Of a stretch of 64,000 nucleotides of DNA, positions 30,193-41,656 are shown one piece after another (the first letter of the stretch is position 1; every line of letters begins with the position of its first letter). Location of the stretch: the NCBI GenBank assembly GCA_964490075.1, contig CAZBBK010000005.1, positions 1 through 64,000 of the forward strand. Direction: 5' to 3'. The position numbers and the translations under genes were made by a program. This DNA is from an uncultured Gemmatimonadota bacterium (GTDB lineage: Bacteria; GCA-2686955). A model generated the notes under the pieces. The model saw only the letters and a program-made list of their open reading frames with translations, was not told the DNA's origin and searched no databases.

Positions 30193-30813
30193 ATGAGATC
30201 GTGCATCCTCCTCGTCCTCTCCTTCCCCCTCCCCGCCGCCTCGGCCCAGTCCCTCGACATCGGCCTGGCCGGCCACGGACTGAGCGTCGGCGACTCGAGA
30301 CGCTTCACCGGCATACGAATCAACGCTGTGGACCGCGGTGTGGAGCAGGTGCGGGGCCTCAACCTGAGCCTGTGGAATCCGGGCGAGAATCCGGACGCCC
30401 GCTACGGCGGCATCGCCCTGGGGCTGATCGGCACCAAGGCCATGCGCATCGACGGCATCGCGCTCAGCGGCATCGGGGTCAATGCCGCCGAAGAGCTGCG
30501 CGGCGTCGGCGCCGGCATCCTGGGGGTGGGCGCGAGCAAGCGCATTCGAGGCGTCGCGATCGGCGGACTGCTGGCCTTCGCCCCCGAGGTCCAGGGGATC
30601 GCAGCGGGGAGACTGAACGGCCTCTACATCGACCGCATCGACCTGGAGGACTCCCTGCACTTCAAGCTGGCCAACCAGCGCTTCACCGGCCTCTCCATCG
30701 GACTCGTCAACTACACGGCCCAGCTCCGAGGGGTGCGGCTCGGCCTGCTCACCTATGCCGGCAACAACCCGCGTTGGGCGCGACTGCTGCCGCTGGTTGG
30801 CGTGCACTTTTGA
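30193..30813 (+). CDS. Secreted/outer-membrane Gly-rich repeat protein (LA_2272-like)
   Basis: Signal peptide, repeated G(I/V)xx(G/S)xx units, GLSIGLVNY...GVRLGLL, terminal Phe. Confidence 0.75.
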   Translation: MRSCILLVLSFPLPAASAQSLDIGLAGHGLSVGDSRRFTGIRINAVDRGVEQVRGLNLSLWNPGENPDARYGGIALGLIGTKAMRIDGIALSGIGVNAAEELRGVGAGILGVGASKRIRGVAIGGLLAFAPEVQGIAAGRLNGLYIDRIDLEDSLHFKLANQRFTGLSIGLVNYTAQLRGVRLGLLTYAGNNPRWARLLPLVGVHF

Positions 30814-30866
30814 GACCGAGCGTGGGGCGCCGCGAAATCGAGCCGGTCGATCCGCCTCTTCACCTA

Positions 30867-32874
<2,008 letters not shown>

Positions 32875-32982
32875 GGACTGGAGAGCAGTGTGCCAGACCT
32901 GCATCCATCACTCGCGATCGGAGCCTCGCCGGCGCAAGCGCGAAGCGGACGACCGAGGGCAATCGCGGTGAGGACTTGAAGG

Positions 32983-35900
32983 ATGCAGGCTGGCCCTGCC
33001 CGACCGAAAAGAGAACCCTGGATGCGCAAGCTCCAGGAGCTGATGCCCTACAAGGTGAGGGAGATCCTGCTGCTCTCCAGCGCCTACGACGCCTTCATCC
33101 TCGAGGAGGCGGGCACCCTCTCGGACCGTCTCTTTGGTGAGTACTCGGAGCTGAGGCTCTCCGAGGCGCCGCGCATCACCCACGTCGCGACCGGCACCGA
33201 GGCTCTGGAGATGCTCCAGAGCCGCGACTTCGACCTGGTGCTGACGGTCATCCAGGTAGCCGACATGGGGATCCACGCCTTCGCCCGCCAGGTGCGCGAG
33301 ATCCTCCCCGATATGCCGGTGCTGCTCTTGATCTTCGGCGAGAGCGATCTCTTGCAGTGCCCGGAAGTGGTGGAGGACGGCAGCGTCGACCGGGTGCTGC
33401 TGTGGACCGGCGATCTCAGGATCCTGATCGCCGGCATCAAGCTGATCGAAGACGGCCGCAACCTGGAGCACGACGCCGGGGTCGGAGGCGTACGCTTCAT
33501 CATCGTGGTCGAGGATTCGATTCGCCGCTACTCCGGCTTTCTGGCGCTGCTCTACTCGGAGCTCTTGGTCCAGGCCCGATCACTGATCGCCGAAGGGCTC
33601 AACGAGCAGCACCAGATCATGCGCATGCGGGCCCGCGTGAAGATCGTGCTGGCCTGCAACTTCGAAGAGGCGGTCGGCTACCTGCAGCAGTACCGCGACA
33701 AGGTCCTGGCGCTGATCAGCGATGTCAGCTTCCCCTGGGGCGGGGTCGAGAACCCCAATGCCGGATTCGAGCTGCAGCGCCTGTTCCGCGGCGTCTACCC
33801 CGACATGCCGGTGCTCTTGCAGTCTGCCGATCCCCAGGCCGAGGTAGCGGCGCGCGCGGCCGGGGTGGCCTTCGCCGACAAGAACTCACCGCTGCTCAAT
33901 ACCCAGATCCGCCAGTTTCTGCAGACCGGCCTCGGCTTCGGCGATTTCGTGTTTCGCGACGAAGAAGGCGCCGAGGTCGCGCGAGCGCGCGACGTCTTCG
34001 AGATGGAACAGCTGCTCAAGAGCGTGCCGGACCAGTCGGTGGCGATGCACGCGGCGCGCAACCATTTCTCGATCTGGCTGGCGGCCAGAAGTCTGTATCC
34101 ACTGGCGTCGAAGTTCCGCAAGCACAGCGCCGCCGACTTCGCATCGGTCGCGGCGTTGCGACAGTTTCTGCTGGACGAGTTGCGCGACGCGCGGCGTTCC
34201 GAAGCCGAAGAGCTGGTCTCGGACTTCTCGCGGCTACAGAGCAGTCTCGACTCGTCGTTCGTGCGCCTGGCCTCGGGGTCGATCGGCGGCAAGGGACGGG
34301 GCATCGCCTTCGTGCGCTCGCTCCTGGCGCAGCATGCGGTCGCCGATCGCTTCCCGGGCCTGGCGATCCGGATTCCCAAGACGGTCGGCATCGGCACCGA
34401 CGAGTTCGATCGTTTTCTGGAAAGCATGGGCGGAATCGACGAGCTGGTGGCCGCCAAGGACGACCGGTCGATCCTGGCGCGTTTTCTCGCGGGCAAGCTC
34501 TCGCCGACGCTGGTCCGGCAGCTCAAGGCGACCTATCGCAGCTTGCGCGGGCCGCTCGCGGTGCGTTCCTCGAGCCTGCTCGAGGACTCCCGCTTTCAGC
34601 CCTTCGCCGGCATCTACGCCACCTGGATGCTGCCCAACAACCACCCCGAACAGTCGCTGCGCTTCGAGGAGCTTTGCCAGGCGGTGAAGGCGGTGTTCGC
34701 ATCGACCTTCCTGCACAATGCCCGCTCCTACTTCGCGGGCGCGCCGCACACGGTCGAAGAAGAGAAGATGGCGGTGGTGATCCAGGAGGTGGTGGGACGC
34801 AAGTATGGGGAGCGTTTCTATCCCGACATGGCGGGGGTCGCACAGTCTCACAATTTCTACCCGGTCGGCAGCCAGCGGGCCGACGACGGCATCGTGCTGA
34901 TCGCCCTCGGCCACGGCCACCTGGTGGTCAGCGGAGGCACCGTGCTGCGTTTCTCGCCCGGTGCTCCCGACGCCTTTCCGCAGTTTCCGACCGCGCAACA
35001 TTTTCTGCGCAACTCTCAGCGCCGCTTCGCGGCCCTCGACCTGCCGATCCAGAGACTCGATTTCGCCGCCGGGGACTGCGAAGCGAATCTGCGTTTCTAC
35101 GATCTCGACGCGGCGGAAAAGGACGGCACGCTGCGCCACGTGGGCAGCGTATTCAGCTCGATGGACGGCCGTATTCGCGACAGTCTGCGCGATGCCGGAC
35201 CACGGATCGTGACCTTCCACAACGTGCTCAAGTGGTCGTCGATTCCGCTGGCGGAAGCGCTGGCGGAGGTGCTGCGAATAGCGCGCCAAGGACTCGGCTG
35301 CGACGCCGACATCGAGTTCGCGGTCGACATGGGAGACCATGGATCGGGGACGGAGACCGGCAAGCGACGTCGCGGGCCGACCCTGAACATCCTGCAGATC
35401 CGACCGATGACCCGCCAGGGCGGGCTCGATCGCCAGGTGCGTTTCGTCGAGCCGGCGCCGGAGCGGATTCTGTGCCGTACCGAGCGCTCGCTGGGTCACG
35501 GGGTGATCGACGATATTCGCGACGTGGTCTACGTGACCGCGGCGCAGCTGAACGGCTCGACCACTCCCGCGGTGGCGCGCCAGGTGGGCGAGATCAACGC
35601 GGTACTGGGCCGAGCGCGGCGCCGCTACTTGCTGATCGGGCCAGGGCGTTGGGGAACCGCCGACTCGGCGCTCGGCATTCCGGTCGAGTGGTCGCAGATC
35701 GCCGGCGTTCGAATCATCGTCGAGACCGCGTTCGGCGACCGCAGCATCGATCCCTCTCAAGGGACACATTTCTTCCACAACATCACCTCGAAGCAGATCG
35801 GCTACCTGACGCTGAGCGCTTTCCCGCTGCGCACGACGGCCACCGAGTTCATCGACCAGAAATGGCTCGATGAGCAGCCGGCGCAGAATGAGAGCGAGGC

Positions 35901-36048
35901 GGTGCGCCACGTGCGGCTGAGTCGGCCGCTGCTGGCCTACCTGGACGGCCGCGCCTGTAGCGCGACCGTCCTCAAGCCCTCTCTCGTCGAGGACGAGTGG
36001 GGACCCGGGCCGAGCGCGATCACGACACCGTCGCCTCCCAGCGCGTGA
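32983..36048 (+). CDS. Receiver-domain / PEP-pyruvate-binding (PPDK_N, ATP-grasp) fusion protein
   Basis: Two REC-like domains, then GSIGGKGRG, PLAVRSSSLLEDS..FAGIY, EEEKMAVVIQE, DIEFA, LQIRP; C-terminal GPGRWG...PSQGTHFFHN. Start may be ATG 33022. Confidence 0.9.
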   Translation: MQAGPARPKREPWMRKLQELMPYKVREILLLSSAYDAFILEEAGTLSDRLFGEYSELRLSEAPRITHVATGTEALEMLQSRDFDLVLTVIQVADMGIHAFARQVREILPDMPVLLLIFGESDLLQCPEVVEDGSVDRVLLWTGDLRILIAGIKLIEDGRNLEHDAGVGGVRFIIVVEDSIRRYSGFLALLYSELLVQARSLIAEGLNEQHQIMRMRARVKIVLACNFEEAVGYLQQYRDKVLALISDVSFPWGGVENPNAGFELQRLFRGVYPDMPVLLQSADPQAEVAARAAGVAFADKNSPLLNTQIRQFLQTGLGFGDFVFRDEEGAEVARARDVFEMEQLLKSVPDQSVAMHAARNHFSIWLAARSLYPLASKFRKHSAADFASVAALRQFLLDELRDARRSEAEELVSDFSRLQSSLDSSFVRLASGSIGGKGRGIAFVRSLLAQHAVADRFPGLAIRIPKTVGIGTDEFDRFLESMGGIDELVAAKDDRSILARFLAGKLSPTLVRQLKATYRSLRGPLAVRSSSLLEDSRFQPFAGIYATWMLPNNHPEQSLRFEELCQAVKAVFASTFLHNARSYFAGAPHTVEEEKMAVVIQEVVGRKYGERFYPDMAGVAQSHNFYPVGSQRADDGIVLIALGHGHLVVSGGTVLRFSPGAPDAFPQFPTAQHFLRNSQRRFAALDLPIQRLDFAAGDCEANLRFYDLDAAEKDGTLRHVGSVFSSMDGRIRDSLRDAGPRIVTFHNVLKWSSIPLAEALAEVLRIARQGLGCDADIEFAVDMGDHGSGTETGKRRRGPTLNILQIRPMTRQGGLDRQVRFVEPAPERILCRTERSLGHGVIDDIRDVVYVTAAQLNGSTTPAVARQVGEINAVLGRARRRYLLIGPGRWGTADSALGIPVEWSQIAGVRIIVETAFGDRSIDPSQGTHFFHNITSKQIGYLTLSAFPLRTTATEFIDQKWLDEQPAQNESEAVRHVRLSRPLLAYLDGRACSATVLKPSLVEDEWGPGPSAITTPSPPSA

Positions 36049-37855
36049 GCGTCTCGCGCATGCTCTGTCCGGCGTAGAGCTCGTGGTAGCGCATCTTCAG
36101 CGCCATCAGCTCGCCGTGGCTGCCTTGCTCAACGATGCGCCCGCCATCGATCACCAGGATTCGGTCGGCAGAGCGCACTGTGGTGAGGCGGTGGGCGATG
36201 ATCAGGCTCAAGCGGCCTTGCAGCGCCGACTCGAGCCCGCGCTGAATCCGCTCCTCGGTCTCGGCATCGATCGACGAAGTGGCCTCGTCGAGCACCAGGA
36301 TCTGCGGATCGCGGATCACCGCCCGCGCCAGCGACACCAGCTGTCGCTGGCCGGACGAGAGCCGTCCGCCGCACTCTCCCACGTCGCTCTCGTAGCCGCG
36401 ATCGAGCGAGAGGATCATCTCGTGCGCCGCCACCAATCGCGCGGCCTCCTCGACCTCCGCGTCGCTGGCGTCCAGGCGACCGTAGCGGATGTTCTCGCGA
36501 ACCGATCCGCGAAACAGATGCGGAGTCTGGAACACCACGGCTGTGATCGACTGCAGCCACTCGAGGCTGCGCTCGCGGTAGTCGGTCCCATCGAAGAGCA
36601 GCGCCCCACGGGTCGGTTCGTAGAAGCGACAGAGCAGACCGGCGATGGTCGACTTGCCGGCACCGGTGGCGCCGACCAGGGCGACCGTCTCACCGGCGCT
36701 CAGGCTCAGGTCGAGATCCGTGATCACCTCCCCCTTGGAGTCGTAGCCGAAGCCCACGCCGCGAAACTCGACCGTCCGGAAGCGCCGCGGAAGGCCATCG
36801 GCGGCCAGCTCGGAGTCGCCCGGGCCCACCCGCGGCCGCGCACGTAGCTCGGCCGAGTCGCCGATCTCGGGCTCGGTGGCGATCAGCCCCAGCACGCGCT
36901 CGGCGGAGGCCTGCGCCATCTGCAGCTCGGCCAGCGCCGCGGCGACTTCTTGCACCGGCTCGAAGAAGTGTCGCGAGTAGGTGATGAAGGCGAGCACCGT
37001 GCCGAGGCTGACGGTCCCGGCCAGTGCCTGCACGCCACCCGCCATCAGGGCGAGGGCCGTGCCGATGCTGCCCAGAGTCAACACCAGGGGCAGATAGACC
37101 GCTGACTGCAAGGCGTTGCCGACCGAGGCCGTGTAGAGGCGTTCGACCTGGCCGCCGAAGTGCGCCAGGTTCTCCTTCTCGCGGCCGAAAGCCTTGGTGG
37201 TGCGCACCCCCATCAGCGACTCGTTGTAGCCGGCGGTGACGATCGAGTTGGACTTGCGCACCTGGCGCGCGCTCACCAGCAACAGGCGTTGGAAGCGCCC
37301 GCTCACCACCACCAGCACGGGAACCACCGAGAGCACCACCAGGGCCAGGCGCCAGTCGAGTGCGAACATCACCGCGGTGATCGCCACCAGCGAGCTCGAA
37401 CCCCACACCATGTCGAAGGAGCCCCAGGCGACGATGTTCGACAGCCGATCGCAATCCGAGGTCATGCGCGCCATCAGCCAGCCGACCGGTCGGCGATCGA
37501 AGTAGGAGAACGAGAGCTCCTGGAGCCGATCGAATCCCGCCCGGCGAATGTCATGGCTGACATGCTTCGCCAGACGTTCGGCGCAGTAGATGAAGAGCCA
37601 GACCTGGAGCGCCAGGAGCGCCGTCAGGGCCGCGTAGGCCGCGACATAGGGCGCCAGGTCGAGCGCGGCGCCACGCTCCTCGATGGCATCGATCAACGAG
37701 CGCGTGATCAGCGGAAATATGGTGTCACAGATGGCGGTGGCGACACCGGCCAGACCCAGCACCACCAGGTAGCGCCGGTGCGCTCGGGTGAAGCCGAACA
37801 CCCGCTTCCAGGTCAGCCAGTCGACCGAGGCGCCGGAATCGTCTTGGCGTCTCAT
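36020..37855 (-). CDS. Heterodimeric ABC exporter subunit 2 (TMD+NBD)
   Basis: Six-TM domain, GATGAGKS, degenerate signature LSSGQ, consensus Walker B LVLDEATS and IAHRL. Confidence 0.95.
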   Translation of the reverse strand: MRRQDDSGASVDWLTWKRVFGFTRAHRRYLVVLGLAGVATAICDTIFPLITRSLIDAIEERGAALDLAPYVAAYAALTALLALQVWLFIYCAERLAKHVSHDIRRAGFDRLQELSFSYFDRRPVGWLMARMTSDCDRLSNIVAWGSFDMVWGSSSLVAITAVMFALDWRLALVVLSVVPVLVVVSGRFQRLLLVSARQVRKSNSIVTAGYNESLMGVRTTKAFGREKENLAHFGGQVERLYTASVGNALQSAVYLPLVLTLGSIGTALALMAGGVQALAGTVSLGTVLAFITYSRHFFEPVQEVAAALAELQMAQASAERVLGLIATEPEIGDSAELRARPRVGPGDSELAADGLPRRFRTVEFRGVGFGYDSKGEVITDLDLSLSAGETVALVGATGAGKSTIAGLLCRFYEPTRGALLFDGTDYRERSLEWLQSITAVVFQTPHLFRGSVRENIRYGRLDASDAEVEEAARLVAAHEMILSLDRGYESDVGECGGRLSSGQRQLVSLARAVIRDPQILVLDEATSSIDAETEERIQRGLESALQGRLSLIIAHRLTTVRSADRILVIDGGRIVEQGSHGELMALKMRYHELYAGQSMRETLTRWEATVS

Positions 37856-37861
37856 CTCGAT

Positions 37862-39637
37862 TCACCTCCCGTTGCTTCGGCCCGGAGTGGGACTCCGAGC
37901 CAGCTCGTCTTCCAAGGTGGTTTGCAAGCCCCAGAGCCGGGAGTAGGGGCCCGGATCCGCCACCAGCTGGTCGTGCGTGCCGAGCTGGCACACGCGCCCA
38001 TGGCTCAGCACCAGGATGCGGTCGGCATGAGCCAGCGTCGAGAGCCGGTGGGCAATGATCAGCGTGGTGCGGCGCCCGCGGCGCTCGGTGAGCGCCGTGC
38101 GAATGCGCTCTTCGGTCTTGGCATCGACCGCACTCAGGGCATCGTCGAGAATCAGCACGTCGGGATCGGCGAGCAGCGCCCGCGAGAGCGCGACCCGCTG
38201 TCGCTGCCCTCCCGAAAGAGTGACGCCGCGTTCCCCGACCATGGTCTGGTAGCCCTCTTCGAAGCCCTGAATCGAGTCGTGAATGCACGCCGTTTCGGCG
38301 GCTTCGATCATCTCGCCTTCCGAGGCCCCCTCGCGGCCGAAGCGCACGTTGGCGCCGATCGTTCTGGAGAAGAGGAAGGGATCCTGGAGCGCGGCGCAGA
38401 CCCGCCGCCGCACCGAGCTCCGCGCGATCGAGCGCAGCTCCCGGCCGTCGAGCAGAACCGTTCCCTCCCGGTAGTCGTAGAGGCGAACCAGAAGATGCAT
38501 CAGGGTCGATTTGCCCGAGCCCGAAGGGCCGACGATGGCGAGTGTCTCACCGGGCTCTACCGCGAACGACAGCTCGCTCAGAGTTTGCGTGCCGTCGCCG
38601 TGGGCGAATGACAGGTTCCGCACCACGATGCGCCCGGGCTGCTTGGCCGCCGGCAGCGGCCGGCCGTCGCTCGACTCACGCGCCACCTCCAGGATCTCCT
38701 CGATGCGGCCCATCGCCACCACCGCCTTGCCCAGATCGGTCAGAATCCGACCGAGCTGGCGGATCGGCCAGACCAGCATGTTGATGTAGGAGACAAAGGC
38801 GAAGTAGGTGCCGACACTCAGCGAGCCATCGATCACCCAGGCACCGCCGGTCAGCAACACCGCACCCACCTGGGTCATGCACAGGGCGTCGGAGACACCC
38901 CAGTAGCGCGCCATCAAGCGCGACACCGCGAACGAGTCGTCGCGAAAAGCGGCCGCCTTGGCGGCGAAGCGGGCGATCTCGAAGCGCTCTCTGCCGAAGG
39001 CTCGGGCGACCCGGATGCCGGTCAAGTTCTCTTGCAACACCGAGGTCATGGCGCCCTCGGACTCGTCTGCGCATCGGTAGAGACGCTTCACCCGCCCGAA
39101 GAACCAGGTCGAGTAGACGATGATGAAGGGAATCACCACCAGAGAGGCCGCCGTCATCCTGAGATCGAGCGCCGCCAAGAGCGGCACCAGGATGGCGAGC
39201 ATGAGCACGGCGCGACCGATCTGCACCACCTGCATCGACAAGAAGACGCGCAGGGTCTCCACGTCGGAGGTGCAGCGCTGCACCAGGTCTCCGCTCTCGG
39301 CCGAATCGAAGTAGGGGCAGGGCAGATGCTGCAGGTGATCGTAGAGGCGCATGCGCACCCGCCTGGCGATGCCGTGCGAAGCCTCGGCGACCCAGCGCCC
39401 CTTGGCGTACATGCACATCGCCGAGAGGATCGACAGGGCGACGATCACGGCGGCGGCGGCGCCCAGCCACCAGCGCGGGGCCTCGCCCAGCACCACATCG
39501 TCGATCGCCCGCCGGGTTGCCAGGGGCACCAGCAGGCTCAGACCGATGCCCGCGAAGAGCGCCCCCAGCGACGCGGCATAGCGAGCGCGCTGACCGTGGG
39601 TCAGATCCCAGAGTGCCTTATATCGTTCGTTGGCCAT
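37862..39637 (-). CDS. Heterodimeric ABC exporter subunit 1 (TMD+NBD)
   Basis: GPSGSGKS, LSGGQ, degenerate Walker B ILDDALS and IAHRL; the asymmetry typical of TM287/288- and BmrCD-type pairs. Confidence 0.95.
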   Translation of the reverse strand: MANERYKALWDLTHGQRARYAASLGALFAGIGLSLLVPLATRRAIDDVVLGEAPRWWLGAAAAVIVALSILSAMCMYAKGRWVAEASHGIARRVRMRLYDHLQHLPCPYFDSAESGDLVQRCTSDVETLRVFLSMQVVQIGRAVLMLAILVPLLAALDLRMTAASLVVIPFIIVYSTWFFGRVKRLYRCADESEGAMTSVLQENLTGIRVARAFGRERFEIARFAAKAAAFRDDSFAVSRLMARYWGVSDALCMTQVGAVLLTGGAWVIDGSLSVGTYFAFVSYINMLVWPIRQLGRILTDLGKAVVAMGRIEEILEVARESSDGRPLPAAKQPGRIVVRNLSFAHGDGTQTLSELSFAVEPGETLAIVGPSGSGKSTLMHLLVRLYDYREGTVLLDGRELRSIARSSVRRRVCAALQDPFLFSRTIGANVRFGREGASEGEMIEAAETACIHDSIQGFEEGYQTMVGERGVTLSGGQRQRVALSRALLADPDVLILDDALSAVDAKTEERIRTALTERRGRRTTLIIAHRLSTLAHADRILVLSHGRVCQLGTHDQLVADPGPYSRLWGLQTTLEDELARSPTPGRSNGR

Positions 39638-39741
39638 GATGCCGTCTTCCGATCCGCGTCGAGGGGTGCTTGGACTACCGGATGCGGTCCGAAATCGATC
39701 CGGGCCCGCTGCCGATGAGCGGGCCCGTGGGCGCGTTGGCC

Positions 39742-39773
39742 AAAAAGAAAGCCCGCTCGGTGTCTGAGCGGGC
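39742..39773 (-). terminator. Intrinsic terminator (attenuator) upstream of the ABC exporter
   Basis: GCCCGCTC-AGACACC-GAGCGGGC then TTTCTTTTT on the minus strand, about 105 nt 5' of the ABC start codon. Confidence 0.85.
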
Positions 39774-39810
39774 GGCCGTTCGATTTAGCTGAATTCGCGG
39801 TCGCGCTCGC

Positions 39811-39867
39811 TCAGGCGGTGGAGAAATCTCCGGTCTGGATCGCTTGGGTGAGATAGAGCGCGTGCAT
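39811..39867 (-). CDS. Putative 18-aa leader peptide MHALYLTQAIQTGDFSTA
   Basis: GAGGT RBS 9 nt before the ATG; the TGA lies within a sequence complementary to the terminator 5' arm. Confidence 0.65.
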   Translation of the reverse strand: MHALYLTQAIQTGDFSTA

Positions 39868-39929
39868 TTCGAACGTACCTCGTGTCGAAGTGGTCGTCGA
39901 AGGTCTCGCGGACCTTGGCTTCGAGAGGA

Positions 39930-39958
39930 AGGATCGCCGCCGAGTTGGACCTCGTCAA
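39930..39958 (-). promoter_or_regulatory. Candidate promoter for the leader/ABC transcript
   Basis: TTGACG-N17-GATCCT on the minus strand (weak -10). Confidence 0.45.
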
Positions 39959-40174
39959 GAGAGGATTTGAAGAAATCGGGGGAAAATGCGAAGCTACGCG
40001 CTTTCCGACCAAGCCACGGAACCGGGTCGGGGGTCGGTGCGTATCGTCGGGCGGTATGCCGCCCCACGGGCGCCAAGATCCACCGCGCCCGCGAAGAAGT
40101 CCGGGAGCGGAGCGCGGACCAGTAGGAACCGAAGGGCCCGTCCCTTCACTGCCACTCAAAGGAATTCGTTCAAT

Positions 40175-40900
40175 ATGATCGAGATCGAGCATTTGAGCAG
40201 ACACTTCGGCTCATTGGTCGCGGTCGACGACCTGAGCTTCGAAGTCGCGCGAGGGGAGGTACTGGGCTTTCTGGGCCCGAACGGTGCCGGCAAGTCCACC
40301 ACGATGAAGATGCTGACCGGCTTTCTCGATCCGACCCGGGGAACGGCTCGGATCTGCGGTGTCGACGTCGTGAAGTCGCCCCTGGCGGCCAAAGCACACA
40401 TCGGCTACCTGCCGGAAGGCGCGCCGCTCTACGGCGACATGACGGCGGCCGAGTTCCTGAGCTTCGTCGCGCAAGCGCGCGGCCTGGCCAACGGCGTGCG
40501 CCAGAGCAAGATCGACGATGCGGTCGAGCGCCTGCAGCTGCAGGGTGTGCTGAACCAGCGCATCGAGACCCTGTCCAAGGGATTCAAGCGGCGGGTCGGG
40601 CTGGCCCAGGCGATCGTGCACGATCCCGACGTGCTGGTTCTCGACGAGCCGACCGACGGCCTGGATCCGAATCAAAAACACCAGGTGCGGGGGCTGATCC
40701 GGGGCATGGCGGCGCAGAAGGCGATCGTGCTCTCCACCCACATTCTGGAGGAGGTCGACGCGGTCTGCACTCGCGCGATCATCATCGCCGAAGGCACGAT
40801 TCGCTTCGACGGCACGCCGGAAGAGCTGCGCGGCCGCTCTCCCGAGGGCAAGCTCGACGACGTGTTCCGCGAAATCACCTGCAGCCCGGCGGGCAACTAG
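40175..40900 (+). CDS. ABC transporter ATP-binding protein (GldA-like)
   Basis: GPNGAGKST, LSKGFKRRVGLAQA, LDEPTDGLDP and STH. Confidence 0.94.
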   Translation: MIEIEHLSRHFGSLVAVDDLSFEVARGEVLGFLGPNGAGKSTTMKMLTGFLDPTRGTARICGVDVVKSPLAAKAHIGYLPEGAPLYGDMTAAEFLSFVAQARGLANGVRQSKIDDAVERLQLQGVLNQRIETLSKGFKRRVGLAQAIVHDPDVLVLDEPTDGLDPNQKHQVRGLIRGMAAQKAIVLSTHILEEVDAVCTRAIIIAEGTIRFDGTPEELRGRSPEGKLDDVFREITCSPAGN

Positions 40901-40912
40901 GAGGTGGAAGCG

Positions 40913-41647
40913 ATGCGCAACAGCTTCGTGGTGTTCAAGCGCGAGCTGGCCGGCTACTTCGCCACGCCGCTCGCCTATGTCTTCCTGGTGATATTCCTGA
41001 TTCTCACGGGAGTATTCACTTTCTACCTGGGGGGGTTCTATGAGCGCGAGCAGGCGGACCTGCAGCCTTTCTTCGCGTTCCATCCCTGGCTCTACCTCTT
41101 CCTGATTCCGGCCTTGTCGATGCGTCTGTGGGCCGAGGAGCGCAAGACCGGCACGGTCGAGCTGCTGCTCACGCTGCCGATCTCGATGACCCAGGCGGTG
41201 CTCGGGAAGTTCCTGGCGGCCTGGTGCTTCACCGCGATCGCGCTGGCCCTGACCTTCCCGATCTGGATCACGGTCAATTTCCTGGGCAACCCCGACAACG
41301 GAGCGATCGTCACCGGCTACCTGGGCAGCTTCTTGATGGCCGGCGCCTACCTGGCGATCGGCGCCTGCGTCTCGGCCGTCACGCGCAACCAGGTGATCGC
41401 CTTCGTGGTGGCGGTCACGGCCTGCCTGGGCTTCGTGCTCGCCGGCTTCCCGGCGGTGCTCGACGTGTTCAGCGGCTGGGCGCCCCAGGCGGTCATCGAC
41501 ACCGTCGCCAGCTTCAGCTTCCTGACCCACTTCCAGGGCCTTTCGCGCGGCATCATCGATCTCAGGGACCTGGTCTTTTTCGGTTCCCTGATCGGTTGCT
41601 TCCTGGCCGCCAACGCCCTCATCGTCGACCTCAAGAAAGCGGACTAG
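40913..41647 (+). CDS. ABC-2 permease (GldF-like)
   Basis: FKREL..YF.TPLAY, SMRLWAEERKTGTVELLLTLP, VLGKF and TRNQVIA. Confidence 0.93.
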   Translation: MRNSFVVFKRELAGYFATPLAYVFLVIFLILTGVFTFYLGGFYEREQADLQPFFAFHPWLYLFLIPALSMRLWAEERKTGTVELLLTLPISMTQAVLGKFLAAWCFTAIALALTFPIWITVNFLGNPDNGAIVTGYLGSFLMAGAYLAIGACVSAVTRNQVIAFVVAVTACLGFVLAGFPAVLDVFSGWAPQAVIDTVASFSFLTHFQGLSRGIIDLRDLVFFGSLIGCFLAANALIVDLKKAD

Positions 41648-41656
41648 GAGTCAGCC

